DNA of 51,733 nucleotides from a virus. Both the position numbers and the translations under genes were made by a program. The notes beneath the pieces are model-generated. The model did no database searches and was not told where the DNA came from. It saw nothing but the letters and a program-made list of their open reading frames with translations. Location of the stretch: UHGV virus genome UHGV-0405561, one strand, 5' to 3'. Below are positions 39,170 to 48,186 of the stretch, piece by piece (positions within the stretch are counted from its first letter, which is position 1; each line of letters begins with the position of its first letter).

Positions 39170-39298
39170 GGTGCCCCCTTTGTTATTTTGTACAAAAATA
39201 TGTACAAATAAGGTGGACGTCAAGAGTAAAAGGCGGCCATTCTAAAAATCCACCGCTGTTTCCCCCGCCTCGCTATGGGGCTTTCCTTTTGCCCATGC

Positions 39299-39315
39299 GA
39301 ACCTTGTTCATGGTG
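39299..39315 (+). promoter_or_regulatory. late-operon motif, copy 6 (variant GAACCTTGTTCATGGTG)
   Basis: 51 nt upstream of the ATG at 39367. Confidence 0.55.
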
Positions 39316-39366
39316 ATGGTATCCCGGTTTTTTTGCCATGATGACCAAAACAACGGAGGGACAGAT

Positions 39367-39780
39367 ATGGCCAGACCCAAAAAGAATACAGCCCCGGAAA
39401 CAGAGCAGGCGACGAAGACGGATACCGTGATGGTCGCCCTGAACCGGACGACCGGGATCACGTTCCCCATGCCCGACGGACGCAAGGTGCTCATCGAAGG
39501 CAACGCCGCCAGCCTGCGCGGAAAGGAAAAGGGCGTGCTGCCCGTGGGCGCGTTCGGGCTGACGCGGGTGAACGCCGACGATTGGGCGTACATCGAAAAG
39601 ACCTATGGCCCGCACATGGAAATCTTCAAATCCGGCCTCATCTTCGCGCAGGCGCGCAAGGCCGACGCCGTGGACGAGGCCGACGAAAGGGCGGAACTGC
39701 GCAACGGGCTGGAGCCCGTGGACGTGGAGAACGACCCCAAGGCGCAGACCGAACCGCTCCAGAGCAAGGCGGGGTTCTAA
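39367..39780 (+). CDS. hypothetical head-tail region protein
   Basis: 137 aa. First gene after motif copy 6. Confidence 0.45.
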   Translation: MARPKKNTAPETEQATKTDTVMVALNRTTGITFPMPDGRKVLIEGNAASLRGKEKGVLPVGAFGLTRVNADDWAYIEKTYGPHMEIFKSGLIFAQARKADAVDEADERAELRNGLEPVDVENDPKAQTEPLQSKAGF

Positions 39781-39783
39781 CCC

Positions 39784-40215
39784 GTGGCTGTTGTTGTCTT
39801 TGACCCGCAGGAGTTCCGGGAGGCCTATCCGCGCTTCGTCGATCCGAAGACCGGGCAGCCTCTTCTGACGGATGCCCAGCTTCGGCAGGCGTTCGACGTC
39901 GCCTGTCTGCTCTTGGACAACACGGACTCTTCCCCGGTTCCCTATGACCCGGTCCACGGCGTCATGATCCGCAAGACGCTCCTGTACCTCCTCGTCTGCC
40001 ACTTGGCGACGCTGGCCTTGTGGCCAGTGGGCCAGTCCGGGCCCGTGTCCTCCGCCACGGAGGGTTCGGTGTCTGCGAGCTTCTCCGTGCCCACGGCGAC
40101 GGGGAAGGCGTTCTACAACCAGACGCCGTGCGGACAGGCCTTCTGGCAGGCCGTCCAGCCCTACGTTGCGGGCGGACGCTACTACGCGGTCAGGCGCTAT
40201 CATCCGTGGGGGTAG
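39784..40215 (+). CDS. DUF4054-like head-tail protein
   Basis: GTG start. 143 aa, positional. Confidence 0.4.
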   Translation: MAVVVFDPQEFREAYPRFVDPKTGQPLLTDAQLRQAFDVACLLLDNTDSSPVPYDPVHGVMIRKTLLYLLVCHLATLALWPVGQSGPVSSATEGSVSASFSVPTATGKAFYNQTPCGQAFWQAVQPYVAGGRYYAVRRYHPWG

Positions 40216-40217
40216 GT

Positions 40218-40805
40218 ATGGCGAACGCGCATGTCCTTGGCGGCGGGAAGTGGAAGAAGGCGCTTGAAGCCGTCTCGAAACAGGCGGCGAGCCTCAAGGT
40301 CGGTGTGCTCGAAGGGGCGACGAGCGAAGACGGCGAGTCCGTGGCCACCTACGCCTTTTACAATGAGTTCGGGGCGACCGTGGAAGTGCCGGAGCGGACG
40401 CAGACGCTGTACTTCAAGCGGAACCGGGACGGAACCGTCGGGAACCGTTTCGTCAGGAAAGACAAAAGCGACTTCGCGCAGGACGTGGCCGTGGGCGGGC
40501 ATACGATCACCATTCCCGCCCGTCCCTTCATGCGTTCCACGGTGCAGGCGCAGAAAGACGCATGGGCGAAAGCCTTCGCCGATGCGTTTGTTGCGAAAGC
40601 CCACGAGCGGGATGCCGTCGTGCGCGGGCTCAACCTGCTCGGCAGGAAGATGCAGGACGACATCGTGGCGACCATCAAGTCGAACTTGGCCCCGGACAAT
40701 GCCGAATCGACCAAACGCCGCAAGAACGCCAAGGGCGCGGGCAAGGGAACGCTCATCGATAAGGGGCACCTCCTCAAATCCATCAGCTACGAGGTGGAGT
40801 CGTGA
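40218..40805 (+). CDS. HK97 gp10-like virion morphogenesis protein
   Basis: TITIPARPFMRST motif region and position. Confidence 0.5.
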   Translation: MANAHVLGGGKWKKALEAVSKQAASLKVGVLEGATSEDGESVATYAFYNEFGATVEVPERTQTLYFKRNRDGTVGNRFVRKDKSDFAQDVAVGGHTITIPARPFMRSTVQAQKDAWAKAFADAFVAKAHERDAVVRGLNLLGRKMQDDIVATIKSNLAPDNAESTKRRKNAKGAGKGTLIDKGHLLKSISYEVES

Positions 40806-41266
40806 TGTTCGGCCTTGATCTCCATGCCGTCGTGCGCGGAGCCGTCACCGCCGTCCATCCTGACGAGCGCGTCGTCCGCTATCGGTCAGTGGGGCAATCG
40901 AACGTGCGCGGGAAGATGGTTCCGGCCTACGCCGATCCAGAAACGCTGGATGCGCAGATACAGAGCGAGAAGGATGACGCCCTATACCACGCCGGCCGCG
41001 CCGACGAGAACAGCATTACCCGGACATTTTACCTATGCACCCCGGCGGACTTGGGGAGCCGTGTCGCGGGCATCGTCCGCCCTCTGGCGCGTAACGGGGA
41101 CATGTTTTTCCGTCCTCAGGACGGGACGTGGTGGCTGGTTGTCGCCGTGGTTGAGGACTTTTCCTCGGTGGGCTGGAGCCGGGTGCGCTGCACGTTGCAG
41201 GTGAACGGCCCAGAGGGTGTCGAGCCTCCCGGCGCGGGCGGCGGAACGGAAGAGGAGGGCGCATGA
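40802..41266 (+). CDS. head-tail joining protein (hypothetical)
   Basis: 154 aa, overlapping starts and stops. Confidence 0.4.
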   Translation: MMFGLDLHAVVRGAVTAVHPDERVVRYRSVGQSNVRGKMVPAYADPETLDAQIQSEKDDALYHAGRADENSITRTFYLCTPADLGSRVAGIVRPLARNGDMFFRPQDGTWWLVVAVVEDFSSVGWSRVRCTLQVNGPEGVEPPGAGGGTEEEGA

Positions 41267-41823
41267 GCCAGCCGCCTGCCTATACCCCGGTCGGCGCCGG
41301 TATGCCGGATATTCTCGATGCCTTCTACGGCTTCCTGAGCACATACCTTGTGCGTTACGTCCCGGCGGAAAACATCATCCGGGGCTGGGAAAATCGGTAC
41401 GCCCTTCCGTCAGGAACCAACGACTACATCATTTATACGCTGTCCGGGTCGTCGCGGGTGGGCACCAATGCCTTGTCCGAAGTGTCCGCTGACGGAACCA
41501 TGACTTTCTCCACGCTGTTCGAGGGGACGGTCCAGATCGATTTCTGTTCCGATACCGAAGCCTCCCGCCTTTGGGCAGCGTACTGCGACAGCCTGCTTCG
41601 GAGTCCCGTTGGCCCGGCCTTTTTCGCACCCTACGGTTTCTCGTCAACCTATACCGACAATCCCGTCAGCGTCGAATATGCGGACGGGTCAGACCAGTAC
41701 GTGAAGCGGACCACGCTCACCGTCCATGTCTGCTATACGCTCACATCCACGGTGGCTCTAGAGTACGCCGAGCGCGTACGGTTGAGCCGTCTGGAAAATG
41801 TAGACGCCCACCACAAACCCTAG
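41263..41823 (+). CDS. tail-completion/neck protein (hypothetical)
   Basis: 186 aa, immediately before the sheath gene. Confidence 0.4.
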   Translation: MSQPPAYTPVGAGMPDILDAFYGFLSTYLVRYVPAENIIRGWENRYALPSGTNDYIIYTLSGSSRVGTNALSEVSADGTMTFSTLFEGTVQIDFCSDTEASRLWAAYCDSLLRSPVGPAFFAPYGFSSTYTDNPVSVEYADGSDQYVKRTTLTVHVCYTLTSTVALEYAERVRLSRLENVDAHHKP

Positions 41824-41832
41824 AGGTCAGCA

Positions 41833-43347
41833 ATGCCCATTCCCGCATCGAATATCGTCAAGATCGAACCGCGCGTCATCGCGGCGGGCCGCGAAGAACT
41901 GGAGATGAACGGCCTGTACGTCACCGATGCCCCGCTCCCGCCCGTCGTCTATCCCGCCGCCGTGATGGAGTTTACGTCCGCCAACGCAGTTGGGGAGGCG
42001 CTGGGCAAGACGTCCGAAGAATACGTTTTCGCGCAGCACTATTTCAACGGATATGAAAGCAAGTTCGCCTCGCCCAAGGCCCTGTTCATCGCCCGCCACG
42101 CGCCTGAGGGCCTTGCCGCCTACACGCTCGGCGCGGCCAACGCAAATACGCTGGCCAAACTCAAGGCCATCACCGCTGGGACTATGGCCCTCACCATCGA
42201 CGGTGCCCCGGTCAGCGTTTCGGGCATCGACCTTTCCGGGGCCACGTCCTTCGCTGATGTCGCTGCGCTGGCGTCCGCTGACGCCTCCGACTGGACGCTG
42301 GCCTACGACGGCGCGGCGGGGCGCTTCATCCTGTCCACCAAGACGGTAGGAGCGGATGGCGAAGCCGTCGCCGCCGGATCGAACACGGATACTGAGGGCA
42401 ACCTCGCCTATGCGCTGGGGCTGATGCCCGTGCAGGGCGCGCTGGTGTCTGCCGGCACGGCAGCGGAAACCGTGGCCGAAGTGCTCGACCGCGTAGCCGA
42501 AACCACGCAGAACTGGGTGACATTCACGCACAGGGAAAAGGCGTCCTCCACGTTGGGAAGCGCCGCCGAAACGGTAGGCGAACAGCTTGCGGCGTGGGCC
42601 AATGCGCACTGGGGCACCCTCGCCGTCGTCCACGACGATACGGAAACCCTGATCACCGCACCTTCCGACGCCGACGTCATCGGGGCCATGTCCGTCAATG
42701 ACAATACGGCCTTCATCTACGGTACGACGGTATACGCCGCGTTCATCATGGGTACCGTCGCCTCCATCGACTGGAACCGCATCAACGGCACCATCACGCT
42801 GGCCTTCAAGCGCGGGGACGGCCTTGCCGCAACCGTGAACTCCGAAGGTTACGCCACCGTGCTGGAAGGCCGTAACGCAAATTTCTACGGGGCATATGCC
42901 ACCCGGAACGCGGACTTTGATTTCCTGTATCCCGGCAGGCTTCTGAACAGCGACTACGTGTTCATCGATCCGCTGGTCAACGCGATTTGGCTGAACAACG
43001 CGTTGCAGGTGTCGATCCTCAACGGGCTTACGCAATCGCCGCGCGTGCCCTACACCGAGGCGGGGTTCACCCGCATCCGCTCGTGGATGATGGACCCGGT
43101 CAACCGCGCCCTCACCAACGGGGCTATCGAGCCCGGCGTCATTCTGTCCGAATCCCAGAAGTCCGAACTCGCCGCCGAAGCCGGAACGGACATTTCCGAG
43201 GAACTGTACACACAGGGCTACTACATCCAGATTCTTGACCCCGGCGCGTCCGTCCGCGTGAACCGGGAAACCCCGTCCATTTCCCTCTGGTACACCTACG
43301 GCGGCGCGGTCCAGCGCATTACCGTCGCCAGCACCGCCGTTCTCTAG
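41833..43347 (+). CDS. tail sheath protein (DUF3383-like)
   Basis: 504 aa, followed by tube, chaperone and tape measure. Confidence 0.6.
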   Translation: MPIPASNIVKIEPRVIAAGREELEMNGLYVTDAPLPPVVYPAAVMEFTSANAVGEALGKTSEEYVFAQHYFNGYESKFASPKALFIARHAPEGLAAYTLGAANANTLAKLKAITAGTMALTIDGAPVSVSGIDLSGATSFADVAALASADASDWTLAYDGAAGRFILSTKTVGADGEAVAAGSNTDTEGNLAYALGLMPVQGALVSAGTAAETVAEVLDRVAETTQNWVTFTHREKASSTLGSAAETVGEQLAAWANAHWGTLAVVHDDTETLITAPSDADVIGAMSVNDNTAFIYGTTVYAAFIMGTVASIDWNRINGTITLAFKRGDGLAATVNSEGYATVLEGRNANFYGAYATRNADFDFLYPGRLLNSDYVFIDPLVNAIWLNNALQVSILNGLTQSPRVPYTEAGFTRIRSWMMDPVNRALTNGAIEPGVILSESQKSELAAEAGTDISEELYTQGYYIQILDPGASVRVNRETPSISLWYTYGGAVQRITVASTAVL

Positions 43348-43370
43348 CCGTCCTCCAAAGGAGCTTTTCC

Positions 43371-43817
43371 ATGTCGCAAGCCTACGATTTCGATATCACG
43401 TCAGCCAACGCCAGCGCCGTCCTGACGGTGGATTCCCTGTTTCCTTCGGGGATCGCGCTGCAAATGTTCGCCACGGATCAAGCCGTGGGGCAGGATTCCG
43501 TCGACATCACCGAAACCCGCATGGGCGTGGACGGGCGCATGGTCGCCGGGTTCACGCCGGTCATCTACCCCGTGACCGTCACCCTCGAAGCGGCCTCGCC
43601 GTCCGCCAAAAACCTTGGCACGGTCTGGCGGGCCATGAAGACGGTCCGGGGCATCTACGAATGCACCCTCGTCATCACCGTGCCGAGCATCGCCAAGGTC
43701 TACACGTGGTCGCGCGGGGTCATGAAAAGCGGCGTGCCGTTCCCCTCGATGAAAAAGGTTCTGGAACCGACCACGTGGGTCTTCCACTTTGAAAACATGG
43801 ACGTTGCGGGGGTGTGA
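43371..43817 (+). CDS. tail tube protein
   Basis: 148 aa between the sheath and the chaperone. Confidence 0.55.
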   Translation: MSQAYDFDITSANASAVLTVDSLFPSGIALQMFATDQAVGQDSVDITETRMGVDGRMVAGFTPVIYPVTVTLEAASPSAKNLGTVWRAMKTVRGIYECTLVITVPSIAKVYTWSRGVMKSGVPFPSMKKVLEPTTWVFHFENMDVAGV

Positions 43818-44269
43818 GCATGAGAAAGGAAACCGTCGTCACCATCGAGGACAGGGGCAATCCGCTCACCTTCACAATCCGGGAAATGCCCGCGACGAAG
43901 CTCGAACGCTGGATCATCCGGGCCATGCTGCTGCTTGCCGGTTCCGAAGGGCTGGAAGGTATTTCCGGTACAAGCGTCGAGAACGCCGGGAAGTACCTGT
44001 CCGAACACGGCCTCAAGGCGCTCGCCAACGTCGAGTACGAGAAGGCGCAGCCGCTCCTCGACGAGCTGCTCGCCTGCTGCGCGCGCACCGACGCGGGCGT
44101 CGAGCAACGCTGCACGCCCGACACCGTTGACGGCTACATCGAGGATGTGCGCACGCTCTTCAAGCTCCGCGTGGAGGCCGCGAAACTGAACTTCGGTTTT
44201 TTCGGCGCAAGCCCGTCCGACTCCCCCGCCGATCTGCATATCGGCAAGCCGCGCAAGCCAAAGGGCTAG
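43814..44269 (+). CDS. tail assembly chaperone (short form)
   Basis: 151 aa directly upstream of the tape measure. Ends ...KPRKPKG* with a slippery site. Confidence 0.6.
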   Translation: MSMRKETVVTIEDRGNPLTFTIREMPATKLERWIIRAMLLLAGSEGLEGISGTSVENAGKYLSEHGLKALANVEYEKAQPLLDELLACCARTDAGVEQRCTPDTVDGYIEDVRTLFKLRVEAAKLNFGFFGASPSDSPADLHIGKPRKPKG

Positions 44270-44457
44270 CGGACTTCGCCAATGTCGGCGGCCTGACGGG
44301 AAGCCTCATCGCCCGTCGGGTCGCCACCCTGCACGAGCTGGATACGGTCTACGGCTATGAAGACGCGCTCAACATGGCTGAGGTACTGCTGGTGACGGAC
44401 TACAACGAATGGATCATGCACAAACAGGCGGAAAAGCAATATGGCGACGGTCATTGA
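44260..44457 (+). CDS. -1 frameshift extension of the tail chaperone (long form)
   Basis: Canonical X_XXY_YYZ heptamer A_AAG_GGC at 44260-44266. The -1 frame continues LADFANVGGLTGSLIARRVATLHELDTVYGYEDALNMAEVLLVTDYNEW... to TGA at 44455-44457. Confidence 0.55.
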   Translation, partial: KGLADFANVGGLTGSLIARRVATLHELDTVYGYEDALNMAEVLLVTDYNEWIMHKQAEKQYGDGH

Positions 44458-46573
44458 TTCCCTGCTGATCACCATCGGCGTTGATCCCTCCGGCGTTCAG
44501 CAGGGGATACAAACCGTCGATCAGGCGCTCAAAACTATTGACTCGACGGTAAAGCAAACAGCCGGGACACTCACGGAAGGGCTGAAGCCGAACACGGATA
44601 CGTCGGGTTTGCAAAAGCTCGGCGCCGAGACGCAGCTTGCCGAATCCGCCCTGCGCGAAGCCGACGCCACCGCCCGGCGCGTCGGCGATTCCATGTCTCA
44701 GGCGTTGAAGAAACCCGGCGAAGCCATGCAGGGCACCGCTCGCCTCATCGAATCCGTAAAGGGCTTTCTCGGTGGATTCATTGCGCCGCTCGCCGGGGCC
44801 GTCGCCATCGGCGGCATGTTCGGCAATTTCATCTCGCAAGGGACGCAGCTCAGCGCGCTGTCGAGCAAGCTCGGACGCGACGTGCGCGACCTCGACGCAT
44901 GGGGCGCGGCGGTGGAGCAGGCGGGCGGCTCGGCGTCCGCGTTCCAGTCCACGCTGGACTCGTTCGACAAGGGGATGCGGGAGGCTGCCGTGTCCGGCGG
45001 GGGCGGCAACCTTGAAATGCTCTACCTGCTCGGCATTCGGGCGACCGATGCACGGGGCAAGCTCCGCAGCCTGACCGACATCCTGCCCGATCTCGCCAAG
45101 CGCATCGAAGGCATGAGCAATGCCCGCAGCCGAACCATCCTCGAAAAGATGGGGCTCGACGACGGCACGATCATGTTGCTCCAGAAGGGCGGCAAGGCCG
45201 TCGAAGACCTGATGCGCGACATGCGCGACTTCGCGTTCACGAAGCGGGATACCGATGCCGCGGATGCGTTCAGCGGGGCCATGTCCGGGCTCAAGCGTGC
45301 AGGGCAGAGCGTCGCCAATGTGCTGTTCCGCGAGCTCGTGCCGATTGTCGTGAAGTTATCCGGCGGCATGAAAGAGTTCTTCCGCGTGCTCGTTCAGCAT
45401 GAGCCGTTTGTCCTGTCGTTTTTCGCCGTGTTGACGGCGGCAAGCATGAAGTTCCTCTTGGCGTGGGCCGCAAATCCGGTTGTGCTTTCTATCCTCGCCA
45501 TCATCGCCGCGCTGGGTGCGCTGGCGCTGGTCATCGACGACCTGTACGCCTACACGCAGGGAGGCGGAGCGCGCTGGAAGGACTTTTGGGCGCAGTTCGG
45601 GACGGGGGAAGAGATTTCCCGCAAGCTGTCCGCCTCGTGGGAGGCTCTGAAAGCGATTGGGAAGGGAGTTTTCGAGGGGCTGAAGGAGTACGCGCGGGAC
45701 TTCCTCAAGCTCTTTGATTCCGCCGTTGGTTACGTCAGGCCTGTGCTCGACCTCGTCCTTGGCTTTGGTCAGAAAGGCAAACCGGAACTTGAAGGCATCG
45801 GGAAAGCTATAGCATCACTTATCGCTGGTTTTCTTGCGATCAAAGCCGCTATCGGGGTTTTCAGCGGCGTTATCGGTATCGTCACCAAGCTGGGTGGCGC
45901 GATTCAGATGGTCATTGGCGTAGTCAAGGCCCTGACGCTGGCGATGATGGCGAACCCCGTCATTGCCATCCTCACTGTTCTTATCGGCCTCACAATCCTA
46001 ATCGCCACGAACTGGGACACGATCAAGGCGAAGGTAATAGAATGGGGGCAGACCGCCGCGCAGTGGATCGACGAGGTAAAGGCGAAGGCGGGGAAGCTCT
46101 GGGACGACTTCAGGCAATCCATCCCGACATGGGAAGATGTAAAGGCAAAATTTGCCTCAATCGGAGACAGCTTGAAGAACTACTTCAAAAAGCTGTTTTC
46201 AGATATTTGGGAGAGTCTGCTTTCCGGCATGCCCGACTGGACAAAAAAGCTGCTCGGCCTTGATGCAGAGGCAAAATCCGAAAACAGTGAAAAGGGGCTG
46301 GAAGATGCAAATATGTACGCTGCGGGAGTGCCCGTTTCCGACTCTACGGTGTTCGCTCAATCCATGCCTTACAACCCCGAATGGAAACAGCTTGCTGCCT
46401 CTCAGGCCCTGAGCCGCATGGGTAACTCTTCAAGTACGGACATCAATTCGACCGTCAGCGTGAACACCATCAACATCACCGCACCCGACGGCGACGCGCA
46501 GGCGATTTCCGGGGCCTTGCAGGGCGGGCTGAACAACCTCATCCCGTCAATACAGTCGGGCACCATTCGTTAA
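44441..46573 (+). CDS. tail tape measure protein
   Basis: 710 aa, alpha-helical. Internal hydrophobic segments (AANPVVLSILAIIAALGALALVIDDL). Position after the chaperone frameshift pair. Confidence 0.85.
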   Translation: MATVIDSLLITIGVDPSGVQQGIQTVDQALKTIDSTVKQTAGTLTEGLKPNTDTSGLQKLGAETQLAESALREADATARRVGDSMSQALKKPGEAMQGTARLIESVKGFLGGFIAPLAGAVAIGGMFGNFISQGTQLSALSSKLGRDVRDLDAWGAAVEQAGGSASAFQSTLDSFDKGMREAAVSGGGGNLEMLYLLGIRATDARGKLRSLTDILPDLAKRIEGMSNARSRTILEKMGLDDGTIMLLQKGGKAVEDLMRDMRDFAFTKRDTDAADAFSGAMSGLKRAGQSVANVLFRELVPIVVKLSGGMKEFFRVLVQHEPFVLSFFAVLTAASMKFLLAWAANPVVLSILAIIAALGALALVIDDLYAYTQGGGARWKDFWAQFGTGEEISRKLSASWEALKAIGKGVFEGLKEYARDFLKLFDSAVGYVRPVLDLVLGFGQKGKPELEGIGKAIASLIAGFLAIKAAIGVFSGVIGIVTKLGGAIQMVIGVVKALTLAMMANPVIAILTVLIGLTILIATNWDTIKAKVIEWGQTAAQWIDEVKAKAGKLWDDFRQSIPTWEDVKAKFASIGDSLKNYFKKLFSDIWESLLSGMPDWTKKLLGLDAEAKSENSEKGLEDANMYAAGVPVSDSTVFAQSMPYNPEWKQLAASQALSRMGNSSSTDINSTVSVNTINITAPDGDAQAISGALQGGLNNLIPSIQSGTIR

Positions 46574-46593
46574 TTCCAAAATGGATAGGGAAA

Positions 46594-47109
46594 ATGGCAG
46601 TAGCAGCATCAACAACACAACATTGGGCGCTTATCAGCGACAAAGGGACCACCGCAGTCACTTTCGACTCAATGCTCAGCATCGACGTGAAGAATGAAAA
46701 CAAGCTCCTCTCCTCGCCGGTTGAAGAGTCGGGATTTGCGAGTTACAATAAAGTGTCAAGCCCGCTGGACATCTACGTCGAACTCGCCGCGTCAGCATCG
46801 GAGTCGGGCCACGCGGCGCTGCTGGCGGCGCTCGACAAACTTGCGTCCGGAACTGAGCTTGTATCGCTCGTCACGCCAGACAAAGAATACCGCTTCCTCA
46901 ACATCGAAAGCTATTCGACGAAGCGCACGGCGACGGAAGGGGCCACGCTGCTTGTCGCGGAACTGCATTTGCTGGAAGTGCGGCAGGTCAAGGTACGAGT
47001 ATCACAAGCCGCGATACGAAGCCCGAAACGCCCGACATCGGCGTCGAAAGTTGATCGGGGGCTGGTACAGGCGCAGCCATATAATTCAACCATGTTCAGT
47101 ATCAAATAG
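46594..47109 (+). CDS. tail protein (gpU/DNA-circularisation-N-like position)
   Basis: 171 aa after the tape measure. Contains the near-protospacer of spacer 4 (46982-47013). Confidence 0.45.
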   Translation: MAVAASTTQHWALISDKGTTAVTFDSMLSIDVKNENKLLSSPVEESGFASYNKVSSPLDIYVELAASASESGHAALLAALDKLASGTELVSLVTPDKEYRFLNIESYSTKRTATEGATLLVAELHLLEVRQVKVRVSQAAIRSPKRPTSASKVDRGLVQAQPYNSTMFSIK

Positions 47110-47123
47110 AGTGGGGAGTTACT

Positions 47124-47444
47124 ATGCAGGTAATTCCGCTTTTAGCTATTCCATCTAGTACGTTTCAGGTTATACTTGATGACCAGCAATGCCGTATTTC
47201 GCTCTACCAGCGCGGGCGGCGCATATACCTTGATCTTGATGTAGACAACGAACCGGTATGCCGGGGGGCGATATGTCAGAACCGGGCGTCTGTCGTTCAG
47301 TCGCCCACGCGGTTGTTCAGCGGCACGCTGCACTTCTGGGACACGCTCGGAGACGAGCCGCCGCGATATGATTTACTCGGCACGCGGTTCCTGCTGCTGT
47401 ACGTCGCGGACGGCGAAGAGTTGCCGGATGCGTTGAGGTTTTAG
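47124..47444 (+). CDS. hypothetical tail protein
   Basis: 106 aa, RBS GGGGAG. Confidence 0.4.
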   Translation: MQVIPLLAIPSSTFQVILDDQQCRISLYQRGRRIYLDLDVDNEPVCRGAICQNRASVVQSPTRLFSGTLHFWDTLGDEPPRYDLLGTRFLLLYVADGEELPDALRF

Positions 47445-47517
47445 TGAGCGTAGACAGGGGCGGGGAGAAGCGTTAGAGGAGGGGCGTGGGGCACGCCTCC
47501 CAAAAGGAGGCAACCCC

Positions 47518-47601
47518 ATGAAGCAATTCCTCCGGGACGTTGCGGCGCTTGCGCTTGCTGACGTCATAGCGGCTGTGGTGGTTCACTTGCTGAACCTCTA
47601 A
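47518..47601 (+). CDS. 27-aa hydrophobic peptide
   Basis: Strong SD AAAAGGAGG 7 nt before the ATG. MKQFLRDVAALALADVIAAVVVHLLNL. Followed by the perfect hairpin gccccgtaggaattgccgttcctacggggc at 47611-47640. Confidence 0.3.
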   Translation: MKQFLRDVAALALADVIAAVVVHLLNL

Positions 47602-47892
47602 AAGCAGTTGCCCCGTAGGAATTGCCGTTCCTACGGGGCGCTAAAACTGGATTCTCGAAATCCGGGGGACGTGCCCCACGGGGCGGTGGGTGTTGACGCA
47701 CTCGCAGCCCTTCCTTTTTCAATAGCCATTCACGGGGTTGCGGTCAAGCCCACTCTTCCGGGTTCACAAAAAAGTTGTCTGGAAAAATCTTTTGGAATAA
47801 GGTAGTTGGAAAGTGGACCCCAAAACGAAGGTTTTGGCGGGGAAGTTGATGCAACATCCTGAAAACAAAGGAGGGAGTATCAAAAATCTCTG

Positions 47893-48160
47893 GTTGTCCG
47901 CCGTGTAGGCGGTTTAGAAGTGAGAAACGGCCTGCTGCTTTGCGCCGTAGTTGTTGTCCGCCGTGTAGGCGGTTTAGAAGTAAAGCAAACCCTGAGACCT
48001 TTCCTTTAAAAAGTTGTCCGCCGTGTAGGCGGTTTAGAAGTATGTCACAGTCTCTCTGCTTCAACGATTTCAGTTGTCCGCCGTGTAGGCGGTTTAGAAG
48101 GGCAGGTCAAAGTACGAGTATCGCAAGCTGCGGTTGTCCGCCGTGTAGGCGGTTTAAGAA
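47893..48160 (+). CRISPR. orphan CRISPR mini-array, type I-F-like repeats (5 repeats, 4 spacers)
   Basis: Repeat GTTGTCCGCCGTGTAGGCGGTTTAGAAG (28 bp) at 47893, 47953, 48013, 48073 and 48133. The last repeat is degenerate (...TTTAAGAA). Spacers are 32 bp each. The 5-bp stem and 5-nt loop match the I-F repeat GTTCACTGCCGTATAGGCAGCTAAGAAA. No cas genes in the window. Confidence 0.9.
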
Positions 48161-48186
48161 AGCCCCGCATAATGCAGGGCCTTTCT

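Noticed and set aside
39220-40203. 327-aa minus-strand ORF
   Set aside because: Antisense to three small + strand structural genes that have RBS and translational coupling.
41827-43035. 402-aa minus-strand ORF inside the sheath gene
   Set aside because: Antisense GC artefact.
47381-47412. Possible self-match of CRISPR spacer 1 (CCTGCTGCT core)
   Set aside because: Only about 16/32 identities, which is chance level in GC-rich DNA. No convincing spacer-1 match was found by eye elsewhere in the window.
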